Shown: positions 1 through 8,274 of the stretch, one piece after another
How the letters are laid out: every line of letters starts with the position of its first letter
How positions within the stretch are numbered: position 1 is the stretch's first letter
Assembly (NCBI GenBank): GCA_041746255.1
Contig: JBGTHM010000079.1
Coordinates: 1 to 13,499 of the forward strand
DNA length: 13,499 nucleotides
Source: Fibrobacteria bacterium
Lineage (GTDB): Bacteria; Fibrobacterota; Fibrobacteria; UBA11236
Direction of reading: 5' to 3'
Notes under the pieces: model-generated
What the model was told of the DNA's origin: nothing
Seen by the model: only the letters and a program-made list of their open reading frames with translations
The model's database searches: none
Position numbers and translations under genes: made by a program

Positions 1-258
1 GCATTTGTCGCCACTCTCATCCTGGCTCTTATAGCGGCACCTGCGAATTGGCTATTGGATGCCAATTACCTGTTTCTCAGCGCCAAACCGCCGGTGGCTT
101 CACTGATGGATTATATGGGACCTTGGCCTTGGTATATCCTTACCCTGGTTCCTGTGAGCCTGATATTCTTCGCATTGTTTTACAGTCCGTTTTGGATAGC
201 TGATAAGGTAATGACAACGCGGAGAAAAAATCCATTCGCGGCGGAAGATATCGACTAA
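1..258 (+). CDS. Integral membrane protein, YwaF/TIGR02206 (TMEM164-like) family, 5'-partial
   Basis: The frame is open from base 1 (AFVATLILALIAAPANWLLDANYLFLSAKPPVASLMDYMGPWPWYI...), so the listed start at 55 is internal. N-x-L-x-x-NY-x-FL-x-x-KP...S-L-x-D-x-x-GPWPWY followed by a hydrophobic helix is the typical C-terminus of this family. Stop TAA at 256-258. Confidence 0.8.
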   Translation, partial: AFVATLILALIAAPANWLLDANYLFLSAKPPVASLMDYMGPWPWYILTLVPVSLIFFALFYSPFWIADKVMTTRRKNPFAAEDID

Positions 259-280
259 TAGATAGCGTCGGGCTTATTTT

Positions 281-1207
281 TCATTTCCGATTCCGCGGGT
301 GAAAACTCTGATGCACTTCACGCAGGTAATCCTGATCCAAATGCGTATAAATTTGGGTGGTACTGATATCCGCATGGCCTAACATCTCCTGCACCGATCG
401 CAAGTCCGCGCCCGCTTCGATGAGATGCGTTGCGAAACTATGACGAAAAGTATGCGGTGAAACCGCCAAGGTGATTCCCGCCTCCAGGCAAATGCGCTGC
501 ACGATTTTCCAGGCTCCCATGCGGCTCAAGGGTAGGCCCCGGTTGTTCCGGATCAGGATATCGGACTTTTCTTCTTTGACTTGCCGCTCCTTTTCGATAT
601 ACTCCCGGATGGACCTGGCCACGGGGCTGCCTAAGGGAACCAGTCGCTGCTTTTTCCCCTTGCCTTCCACCAAAACCACTCCCTCTTCCAACCGCAATTG
701 TTCCAGCCGAAGGTGGGTGGCTTCGGAAATACGCAGGCCGATCCCGTATAACATATCGATAAGGCAGTAATCGCGTAAGGCCCCTTTACGACCCGCCAGG
801 ATGTTTTCCTCCAAGCGATCGTATATCGAAGTGATTTCATGTCGTGAAAGGCTGGTGGGCTTGTAACGCTGTTGACGCGGAGCTTGTACACCGAGAGTAG
901 GATCACGGGAAAGAAAACCTTCGTCCTGGAGATAAAGGAAATACCCTCGTAAAGAAGAGAGATGGCGGGCTATGCTGGACGCCTCGCGGCCCTTTACTTC
1001 ATACAGAAAATCGACGAACGCGCGAATCTCCCCGCTTTGTAAGGCGGATACATCCGTATGGGGGAACGTGGAGGAAAGGTAGGCGAAGAAATTTCGCAAG
1101 TCGGAGAAATAGGCTTCGATGGAATCTTGATCCAGCCGCTTTTCCAGGCTCAAATGGGCCCGGTAATTCTCGCTTTCGGGAATCTCCGCTTTGTCGGAAG
1201 GAGCCAA
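281..1207 (-). CDS. xerD: Tyrosine recombinase XerD
   Basis: 308 aa with an N-terminal SAM-like domain (SIEAYFSDL, SSIARHLSSLRGYF) and the full catalytic set: GLRISE (R), GKGKKQR (K), SPHTFRHSFATHL (HxxR), GADLRSVQEMLGHADISTTQIYTH (H, Y). The VQEMLGHADISTTQIY signature fits XerD better than XerC. The TTG start has no clear RBS, so the start is less certain. Confidence 0.9.
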   Translation of the reverse strand: MAPSDKAEIPESENYRAHLSLEKRLDQDSIEAYFSDLRNFFAYLSSTFPHTDVSALQSGEIRAFVDFLYEVKGREASSIARHLSSLRGYFLYLQDEGFLSRDPTLGVQAPRQQRYKPTSLSRHEITSIYDRLEENILAGRKGALRDYCLIDMLYGIGLRISEATHLRLEQLRLEEGVVLVEGKGKKQRLVPLGSPVARSIREYIEKERQVKEEKSDILIRNNRGLPLSRMGAWKIVQRICLEAGITLAVSPHTFRHSFATHLIEAGADLRSVQEMLGHADISTTQIYTHLDQDYLREVHQSFHPRNRK

Positions 1208-1320
1208 AGATTGTGGGGACGATTCGGAGCGATGGGGCAGGAGGATTTCCTTTCTTTCTGGGACGGATATCGTCCTTCATGGGGCCCAGGTGCATACTAC
1301 CACAACAGGGAAAAATTAAA

Positions 1321-1348
1321 TTGAAAATCCGTAAAAGAGGGTTATATT
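1321..1348 (+). promoter_or_regulatory. Sigma70-like promoter of tRNA-Lys
   Basis: TTGAAA (1321-1326), 16-bp spacer, TATATT (1343-1348). An A-rich UP-like tract (GAAAAATTAAA) lies immediately upstream, and a C-rich discriminator-like stretch (TCCCCCAC) precedes the tRNA at 1357. Confidence 0.6.
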
Positions 1349-1356
1349 TCCCCCAC

Positions 1357-1432
1357 GGGTAAATAGCTCAGTTGGTAGAGCAGGTGACTCTTAATCACCG
1401 GGTCGTGGGTTCGATCCCCTCTTTACCCACCA
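1357..1432 (+). tRNA. tRNA-Lys (anticodon CTT)
   Basis: 76-nt cloverleaf: acceptor GGGTAAA/TTTACCC, D arm GCTC-AGTTGGTA-GAGC, anticodon arm GGTGA-CT-CTT-AA-TCACC, T arm GTGGG-TTCGATC-CCCTC, discriminator A, encoded CCA. Confidence 0.97.
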
Positions 1433-1481
1433 TTTTGACCGTTTATTCCGGCTCCGGTCGTTGTTTCTGCCTCCATCCCGG

Positions 1482-4400
1482 TTAAATGGTTCTCCCAAGC
1501 TTCCCCTTCGGAACATGCAAAAGATCATGGACTTTCTGGGTCAACTGGCTTGGGCTGAATGGCTTTTGCAAAAAACCGGAAGTTGAGGTGACCACTTCTG
1601 CCAGAATGGGCTCATCCGTATAGCCCGACATAAATAGGATTTTGATATCGGGCTGCCCGGCCAGAACCTGCTTGGCCAGTTCCGGACCGTTCAGGCCAGG
1701 CATGACGACATCCGAAACCAGAATATCGATAGCGGCATCGTTTTTTTTAATGATTGCGAGAGCCTCTTTTCCGTTTCGGGCTTCCAAAATCCGATAACCC
1801 TGCTTTTCCAAAGTTCTTCGGGTGAAATTCCGCACGGAATCCTCATCCTCCACCAAAAGGATAATCTCGCCTTGCGATGGTGAAATTTTAGGCTTCTGGG
1901 TAGCCTTCTCCTTTTCGGTGACGATCGAGTCGATAACTTGGGGGAAGTACAGCTCGAAAGTGGTTCCTTCGCCTTGTCGGCTCCTGAGTGTGATGGCCCC
2001 TCCACTTTGTTTGATGATGCCATATACACTGGATAGCCCCAGGCCCGTTCCTTTCCCGACTTCCTTGGTCGTGAAAAACGGCTCGAAAACCTTGGAGCGG
2101 ATTTCGTCGGGCATGCCCATGCCGGTATCCGCAACTTCCAGAATGGTAAAAGCTCCGGGTTCAAGGTCGAAACCGTCGACCGAAATCCTCTCGTCCAAGT
2201 GTCTGCGAAAGGTGGTGAAGGTCAGCGATCCGCCTTGGGGCATAGCATCGCGGGCGTTCAGAGCCAAATTGAGAATCACCTGCTCGAGTTGGTTGGGATC
2301 GATGCGGATAAGTCCCAGAGATCGATCCAATTTATGGACGATGCGGATGTTCTCCGGGATAAGCCGTCGCAGCATGCTGTGGATGGTGGCGATTACCTGG
2401 TTCAGGTTGAGGGTTTGGGGTAGGACTATCTGCTTTCGGCTGTACGCCAGCAGTTGCCTTGTAAGCGCCGCGGCTCTTTCTCCCGCACGGCGAATTTCAC
2501 TTATGTTGCCATAGAGGGGGTTGGAACGGTCAATCATGGCGAGAGTTAATTCACTATATCCGTTGATGGCCGTAAGCAGGTTGTTGAAGTCATGCGCGAT
2601 ACCGCCCGCCAGCTGTCCTATAGCCTCCATTTTTTGGGATTGCCGTAGCTTGCCTTCGCTTTCGCGCAATGCATCCTCCGCTTTTTTTCTCGCGGTTATA
2701 TTCGAGATTTCCAAAACCGCTCCTATAGTTTTCCCTCCCTGTACCAGCGGTTCCAGGCTACATAAAACCTGCACTAATCCGCCGTCCTTGGTTAAGAAGG
2801 TATCCTCGAAGTCTTTCAACCGAACACCACTGGATAATGCTTTCATAATTCCAATTTGGGGATTGCCGATACCGACGCCAGGGTTAATTTGCAACTTCAC
2901 TAGCTGGTCCAGGGCGGTGGCTCGCGCCTCTTTGAGAGTATAGCCCAACATATTTACCGCCGCCGGATTCATGAAAGTAGGACGGCCTTTTTCATCCAAA
3001 AGCAACAAACCGACACTGGCGTTATCCGTGATGGTTTTGGTGAGTTGACTTTGGCGGCGCAGGGCCTCCTGGGTTGCTTTTTCGCGGGTTATGTCACGTA
3101 CCATGACAATGGCAAGAATCGTTTTTCCTGCCTTATCGACTACCGGGTTGCCGGTAAAACTGCCGATCCATTTTCGACCGGTTCGGGTATGCCGGATTCC
3201 CACCTCATAATCCGAAAAAGATTCGCCCCGTTCCGCCCGCGTCAACGGCCATTTTTCCATGGGTAGAATTCGACTATGGTAATCGGTCAATTCCAGGTAC
3301 CGGTCGAACTGATTCAAGCGTCGGTTCGAGCGTGACGCACCATTCTGTTCGAACATGGATAACGCGGAGGGGTTCATGAATAACAATTCTCCTTTGGGAT
3401 CGGCGATAATCAATCCTTCCGACATGCTTCTCACTACCGCTTCCAGTTGAGCCAGGTTTTCTTCGCTCTCTCTTCGGGCTACTCTCAATTGTTCTTCCAC
3501 CGACTTCCGTTCGGTGATATCGACGCAAGCTCCGGTCATGTAAATCGGATTTCCATCCCGGTCGAAGAAAGTCTTCCCCTTGTCAGCCAGCCACCTGATT
3601 TTTCCGTCGGGAAGCACGACCCGGAATTCAATGCTGATATCCACTCCCCGTTTGGCGCATTGATCCAAAGCATCGACAAGTTTTGGTTTATCCGATTGAT
3701 GGACGTTATCCAGGAAATCACGGAAGGGACGGATATTTTTTCCTTGCGGGAGGCCGAAAAGCCTCTCCAGGTTTCCGTCGGCTTCAAGGTAATCGGAACC
3801 AAAGGTCCATCGGAAAGTGCCGGTGTCCGAAGCGGATATGGCCGCTTGCAGCCTTTCCCCGCGTTCACGAAGCATGGTTTCCGTTTTTTTTCTTTCCGTG
3901 ATATCCTGAATTTCAAGTACGGTTCCCACGGTTGCCGACCCTTCGGAAATCAGGCCTGCAGTAAACGCGACCGGAAATGACGTTCCGTCTTTCCTTTGCA
4001 GCATGTCTTCACCGGCCATTTCCTTTTTTACGGAGAGGGCGGTGGAAATCCCCTGGTTTGAAGCTGTTGAGGGGATATCTTCCGAATTGCCCTTGGATAG
4101 AAAATCCAATATGGAGCGGTGCCGCACCTCTTCAAGAGGGTAGCCCAACATCTTTTCCGCCGATGGATTCATGAAAATACATCGATTGTCGGTATCGACC
4201 ATGAAAAGGGACAACGTGGCGTTTTCTGTAATCGTTTTGATAATACTGGTTCGTTTCCGCGCTTCCTCTTCGTTACGGTATCGTTCCGAGATATCCCGCA
4301 TTATGAGCGTGTGAAGTATCTCACCTTTGACCTCCACCCGTGAATAGGTTGCCTCAATCGGAAATTTTTCTCCGTTGGATCGTTTCCCGGTAAATTCGAC

Positions 4401-4832
4401 GGGCACGACTGAATAATTTCGATCTTCCCATGGTTTTTCATGTTCAATCTCATGCTTATTCCATGGAAATTGTTCCCATTGGATAAAATTGCCAAGTGGT
4501 TTCCCCAGCGAATTTTCGACATCGCACGCGAAGATTTTCTCGGCGGATTGATTGAAGAGCAGGATTATTCCTGAGGAATCGGTGGTAACCACTGCATCCA
4601 TGGCCGAATTGACTATGCCGCGCAGGCGTTGTTGGCTAAGCTGAAGACGCCTTCGGTATCGAAGCAACTGCCGGGTAACGGAGGTCGCCATCCATGACCC
4701 CAGCGAAGCGACTAAAACCAGCGAAATTGCGGAGAGATAGATACCCGCACCCGCGTCTCCATTCCGGATGTCGGCCAGATGATCCGTAAGCGCCGACGCG
4801 AAGGTTAATACGGGTATGCCAAGTGGTGCCAT
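1482..4832 (-). CDS. Multi-PAS hybrid sensor histidine kinase/response regulator (CckA-like kinase-receiver module)
   Basis: 1116 aa. A short N-terminal hydrophobic helix is followed by five PAS/PAC units ending in DISER, DITER, DITER, DITRE and NITAR. H-box QKMEAIGQLAGGIAHDFNNLL; HATPase boxes NLALNARDAM, DTGMGM, FEPFFTTK, GTGLGL; C-terminal receiver with LVEDE, SDVVMPG and LQKPF. Confidence 0.93.
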   Translation of the reverse strand: MAPLGIPVLTFASALTDHLADIRNGDAGAGIYLSAISLVLVASLGSWMATSVTRQLLRYRRRLQLSQQRLRGIVNSAMDAVVTTDSSGIILLFNQSAEKIFACDVENSLGKPLGNFIQWEQFPWNKHEIEHEKPWEDRNYSVVPVEFTGKRSNGEKFPIEATYSRVEVKGEILHTLIMRDISERYRNEEEARKRTSIIKTITENATLSLFMVDTDNRCIFMNPSAEKMLGYPLEEVRHRSILDFLSKGNSEDIPSTASNQGISTALSVKKEMAGEDMLQRKDGTSFPVAFTAGLISEGSATVGTVLEIQDITERKKTETMLRERGERLQAAISASDTGTFRWTFGSDYLEADGNLERLFGLPQGKNIRPFRDFLDNVHQSDKPKLVDALDQCAKRGVDISIEFRVVLPDGKIRWLADKGKTFFDRDGNPIYMTGACVDITERKSVEEQLRVARRESEENLAQLEAVVRSMSEGLIIADPKGELLFMNPSALSMFEQNGASRSNRRLNQFDRYLELTDYHSRILPMEKWPLTRAERGESFSDYEVGIRHTRTGRKWIGSFTGNPVVDKAGKTILAIVMVRDITREKATQEALRRQSQLTKTITDNASVGLLLLDEKGRPTFMNPAAVNMLGYTLKEARATALDQLVKLQINPGVGIGNPQIGIMKALSSGVRLKDFEDTFLTKDGGLVQVLCSLEPLVQGGKTIGAVLEISNITARKKAEDALRESEGKLRQSQKMEAIGQLAGGIAHDFNNLLTAINGYSELTLAMIDRSNPLYGNISEIRRAGERAAALTRQLLAYSRKQIVLPQTLNLNQVIATIHSMLRRLIPENIRIVHKLDRSLGLIRIDPNQLEQVILNLALNARDAMPQGGSLTFTTFRRHLDERISVDGFDLEPGAFTILEVADTGMGMPDEIRSKVFEPFFTTKEVGKGTGLGLSSVYGIIKQSGGAITLRSRQGEGTTFELYFPQVIDSIVTEKEKATQKPKISPSQGEIILLVEDEDSVRNFTRRTLEKQGYRILEARNGKEALAIIKKNDAAIDILVSDVVMPGLNGPELAKQVLAGQPDIKILFMSGYTDEPILAEVVTSTSGFLQKPFSPSQLTQKVHDLLHVPKGKLGRTI

Positions 4833-5692
4833 CAGGTATTGACGATTTCGCCCCCATTAGGGTGTAAAAATTGTCCGCTCATGTAAGAGGCGTCATCGGA
4901 GGCCAGAAATACATAAGAAGGCGCTATTTCTTCCGGTTGCCCTGGCCTTCCCATGGGAACCTTTTTCCCGAAGCTTTCCACCTTTTCGGGAGGAAAGGTT
5001 GCCGGTATCAACGGGGTCCATACCGGGCCGGGCGCGACACCGTTTACCCAGATGCCTTTTTCCACCAGGGCGAGGGAGAGTGAGCGGGTAAAAGCAACGA
5101 TAGCTCCCTTGGTAGCGGCATAGTCCAACAAATGCGCGCTCCCGCGATAGGCGGTAACCGAACTGGTGTTGATGATGGCCGATCCGGCGGATAAATGCGG
5201 AAGTGCGGCTTTGCATAGATAAAAGTACGCGAAAATATTGGTTTGGAAAGTTCGTTCGAGCCTTTCGGCGCTGATTTCCAGGAGTGAACCCGTATCATGT
5301 TGTTCCGCGGCGTTGTTGACAATAATGTCGATTCGCCCAAAGGTTTTTTTGGCTTTTTCCACGGAGGCAAAGCAGAAGCCTTCATTACGGACATCACCGG
5401 GAATAAGCAGACATTTCTTCCCTGCTTCCTCTACTTTTTTCCGTGTTTCCTCCGCGTCAGAATGTTCATTCAGATAGATTATGGCAATTTCCGCTCCTTC
5501 CCTCGCATAGGCGATGGCTACGGCCCGTCCGATTCCACTATCGCCTCCGGTAATCACAGCGACTTTACCTTTCAGTTTCCCCCCGGAAGGAGCGTTTGGG
5601 TCGCCGCTTTCCGGTAGTGGCCGCATTTCCGCTTCGATTCCGGGTTGGCTTTTTTGATTTTGCGGTGGAATGGATTTTTCTGGGGATTGCAT
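4832..5692 (-). CDS. SDR oxidoreductase, YhxC/YdaD (general stress protein 39)/YghA-like
   Basis: Family-typical N-terminus (PPQNQKSQPGIEAEMRPLP), TGGDSGIG nucleotide-binding motif, NNAAEQH, YAATK catalytic motif, VAPGPVWTPLIP and GRPGQPEE. ATG at 5692 lies 9 nt after GGAGG (5702-5706 on the minus strand) and is preferred over GTG at 5698. Confidence 0.92.
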   Translation of the reverse strand: MQSPEKSIPPQNQKSQPGIEAEMRPLPESGDPNAPSGGKLKGKVAVITGGDSGIGRAVAIAYAREGAEIAIIYLNEHSDAEETRKKVEEAGKKCLLIPGDVRNEGFCFASVEKAKKTFGRIDIIVNNAAEQHDTGSLLEISAERLERTFQTNIFAYFYLCKAALPHLSAGSAIINTSSVTAYRGSAHLLDYAATKGAIVAFTRSLSLALVEKGIWVNGVAPGPVWTPLIPATFPPEKVESFGKKVPMGRPGQPEEIAPSYVFLASDDASYMSGQFLHPNGGEIVNT

Positions 5693-5735
5693 TTCCACAT
5701 TCCTCCGTGTTTTGATTTAACGACTGCGGTATCGA

Positions 5736-5831
5736 GATAAATAAATGTTTTTCATAACGAAAAGCAAGTAGCGGATTATCCGCCCCCATTAAAAAAAATC
5801 CTTTCATGGTATCCATTCCTATTTATTTATC
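5736..5831. repeat. Perfect 11-bp inverted repeat flanking the centre of the SDR/aldolase divergent region
   Basis: GATAAATAAAT (5736-5746) and ATTTATTTATC (5821-5831) are exact reverse complements separated by 74 bp. Confidence 0.7.
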
Positions 5832-5848
5832 CTACAAGGAGACTACCC

Positions 5849-6895
5849 ATGCGACATATACTTCTGGAAACGGTCGAAAAACTATTGGCAAGTGGAAAAG
5901 GCATATTGGCGGCGGACGAGAGCAATTCCACCCTTGCGAAACGATTCACAACTATCGGAGTTCCCAACACCGAGAATTTCAGGCGGGATTACCGCAAATT
6001 GCTTTTTACTACGGAAGGGTTGGAGAGGTGTGTAAGCGGGGTAATTTTTTTCGACGAAACCCTACGGCAAAAGGATGAACAGGGGAGGCCATTGCGTGAA
6101 TTTTTGACTGAAAAAGGCATAGTTCCGGGAATCAAGGTGGATAAAGGCACGGTGGATTTGCCCGGTAGGCAAATAGAGAAAGTTACCGAGGGACTGGACG
6201 GGCTCGGAAAAAGGCTGGCGGAGTATAGGGAGTCTGGTGCACGATTCGCAAAATGGAGGGCGGTGATCAAAATTGAGAGCCAGAGTCCTTCCAGCTATGC
6301 CCTCCGGGTAAACGCGGAAATCCTGGCGCGCTATGCCCGTATCTGTCAGGAGGAAGGAATTGTTCCCATTGTAGAGCCCGAAGTCTTGATGGATGGCGCT
6401 CATGCAATGGAAAGGTGCGCCCAGGTGACGGAAGAAACGCTGCACCATGTTTTTGTCGCCTTGCACGAGGCCGGAGTGGAACCGGAGGCGATGTTGCTGA
6501 AGCCTAATATGGTGTTACCCGGTAAGGAAAGTTCTGAAAACCCCACTCTGGAGTTGGTGGCTGCAACCACCTTGAACGCTTTACGTAGAACCGTCCCAGC
6601 CTCGGTCCCCGGAATTTGCTTTCTTTCCGGAGGCCAGAGTCCACAAGCGGCTACGGCCCGACTTCAGAAGATGGTGGCATTGGGCCCTCACCCTTGGGAG
6701 CTTTCCTTCTCGTTTTCCCGAGCGCTGCAGGAGCCGGTACTAGCCGCCTGGGAAGGTAGGCCTGAACGCCTGGCGGAAGCGCAGAGCATTTTTCGGCATC
6801 GACTTGAAATGGCCGCAGCCGCCCGCAGCGGTCGTTATGCATCCGAATTGGAAACGGCTTCCGACCCGGTGTATTTCAATTCCGAACGCAGTTGA
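5849..6895 (+). CDS. Class I fructose-bisphosphate aldolase (eukaryote-like glycolytic family)
   Basis: GKGILAADES, GIKVDKG, FAKWR, IVPIVEPEV, Schiff-base lysine in LLKPNMV, FLSGGQS and LSFSFSRALQ. RBS AAGGAG upstream of the ATG. Confidence 0.95.
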   Translation: MRHILLETVEKLLASGKGILAADESNSTLAKRFTTIGVPNTENFRRDYRKLLFTTEGLERCVSGVIFFDETLRQKDEQGRPLREFLTEKGIVPGIKVDKGTVDLPGRQIEKVTEGLDGLGKRLAEYRESGARFAKWRAVIKIESQSPSSYALRVNAEILARYARICQEEGIVPIVEPEVLMDGAHAMERCAQVTEETLHHVFVALHEAGVEPEAMLLKPNMVLPGKESSENPTLELVAATTLNALRRTVPASVPGICFLSGGQSPQAATARLQKMVALGPHPWELSFSFSRALQEPVLAAWEGRPERLAEAQSIFRHRLEMAAAARSGRYASELETASDPVYFNSERS

Positions 6896-6924
6896 GATTG
6901 AAGGCAAGTCGCTTTGCGTATTTG

Positions 6925-7584
6925 TCAATCCCGTCGCATCAGAGCGGAATCCGACAACGTTTCTAAAACCTCCTCGTCGGTGGTCTGGTCGAAATTCACA
7001 TACCAACGGCCTACGGAAATAAAAGGATCGGGCGTGGCATAACAAACGACTTCATCGGCTGATTCCAACATTGATTTACAAGCAGGTTTCGAACCAACGG
7101 GCGCCGCTACGGTAATGGAAGACGCATGCAGGTTCCTGGCAGTCGCTACCGCGGCCTGCATGGTGGACCCGGTAGCGAGTCCATCGTCGACCAATATGAC
7201 GTTTCGTCCTTTGAGGTTGAGAGGAGGCCGTCCTTGCCGATAGGTTTGCTCACGTTGCCGTAAAATATCGGCTTCGCGCGCTTCGACTTCATGAAATATT
7301 CCGGTAGTGATTCCCAGCTGTTCCACCACCTCTCGATTGGGGAGTGAAACCCCTCCTGTGGCTATGGCGCCCATGGCCAATTCTTCTTGACCAGGCACTC
7401 CCAATTTCCGTACCAGAAGAACATCTAACGGAAGTGAAAACACTTTGGCCACCTCATGGGCAACGGGCACCCCTCCTCTTGGCAGAGCAAGTACGAGCAT
7501 ATTCTTCCCTATATGGGAGGAAAGGGATTCCGCCAATTTAAGTCCGGCTTCCCGTCTGTCATAAAAGAGGACATCTGAATACAT
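6925..7584 (-). CDS. Putative phosphoribosyltransferase (COG1926 / Rv0571c N-terminal domain-like)
   Basis: FYDRREAG, VLALPRGGVPVA, LDVLLVRKLGVPGQEELAMGAIA, intact PRPP-binding loop VILVDDGLATGSTM, VAAPV, and the C-terminal WYVNFDQTTDEEV. Confidence 0.92.
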   Translation of the reverse strand: MYSDVLFYDRREAGLKLAESLSSHIGKNMLVLALPRGGVPVAHEVAKVFSLPLDVLLVRKLGVPGQEELAMGAIATGGVSLPNREVVEQLGITTGIFHEVEAREADILRQREQTYRQGRPPLNLKGRNVILVDDGLATGSTMQAAVATARNLHASSITVAAPVGSKPACKSMLESADEVVCYATPDPFISVGRWYVNFDQTTDEEVLETLSDSALMRRD

Positions 7585-7614
7585 GGTTCCGTACTTTCGG
7601 TCGCTGGACCTTTA

Positions 7615-8274
7615 CTAGGAAGTTAGGGAAAGGTGTTTATGAAACCAATCTTCGGCTTCGTCCAGCATTTCCTGGCAATTTCCCGGATCCAGTTGCGAGC
7701 CTCCCTTTATCTGTAAAGCCCTGCTCTTTTTCATGGATGCGGCCGCTTCGGAGTTGGCGCGGCACAGCGGTTGATCGTGAGCGGTAGTCAAAAAAATAAC
7801 GGGAATTTCGATTCGCTTCAGGCAGCGACCCGCAAAATCCGGCCGTCCTTCGCATACCACGGCAGTGTGGATGGTATCGGGCATGCGTGCGGCGGCGACC
7901 AAGGCGGCACCCGCAGCCAAACCCCAAACCAGCATCCCCGCTTTCATGCCGATTAATTCCGGTAAATGCCCGAATCTTTCTGTGGTGGCGAATATTCTTT
8001 CGGCGATTTCATCCGCGTTTGTGCGGTAAAATTCGGAAGCTTCGCTATCCCAAATTTCCCGGGTTTCCAAAACCTGGAATGAGAGGCAGGCATACCCATC
8101 GTCGTTCAGGGTTTGATGGAGATGTTCCAAGCGGATTCGAGGCTGGTTTTCACACCCGAGGGCGATAATCCAGGCGGAGGGAATTTCGGGAACGGAATAC
8201 AATCCTTCCAGAATCCGACCAGAGCAGCGCGTTTTGACGGGAAGAGGCATAAGGCTACGCACGGAGTCCGGCAT
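7615..8274 (-). CDS. Divergent alpha/beta-hydrolase (dienelactone hydrolase-like) protein, catalytic motifs apparently lost
   Basis: AALVAAARMP, GRPDFAG, P-V-I-F-L...D...N and DWFHKHL resemble the DLH-like domain that accompanies this PRTase family. GGAGG lies 5 nt before ATG 8274, favouring that start (219 aa) over 8340. Confidence 0.7.
   Translation of the reverse strand: MPDSVRSLMPLPVKTRCSGRILEGLYSVPEIPSAWIIALGCENQPRIRLEHLHQTLNDDGYACLSFQVLETREIWDSEASEFYRTNADEIAERIFATTERFGHLPELIGMKAGMLVWGLAAGAALVAAARMPDTIHTAVVCEGRPDFAGRCLKRIEIPVIFLTTAHDQPLCRANSEAAASMKKSRALQIKGGSQLDPGNCQEMLDEAEDWFHKHLSLTS

Noticed and set aside
281..1432. Tyrosine recombinase beside a tRNA as an integrase/att site of a mobile element
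   Set aside because: The protein has housekeeping XerD signatures and size, lies 5' of and divergent from the tRNA, and I found no duplicate of the tRNA 3' end in the window.
1437..1467. Possible terminator after tRNA-Lys (GACCG...CGGTC-GTTGTTT)
   Set aside because: Only a 5-bp stem with a large loop and an imperfect U-tract; too weak to call.
1822..2943. Antisense ORFs of 230 and 140 aa within the kinase (also 11351-12076 within pox and other short overlapping ORFs)
   Set aside because: Shadow frames of well-supported genes with no domain evidence.
5565..5816. 83-aa ORF with an AGGA upstream, crossing the divergent promoter region and overlapping the SDR start
   Set aside because: No recognisable protein features and an out-of-frame overlap with a real gene; cannot be supported without ribosome profiling.
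6896..6930. Possible bidirectional terminator between aldolase and PRTase (GATTGA...GCAA...TTGC...TCAATC)
   Set aside because: The stem is interrupted and weak, with no U-tract on either side.
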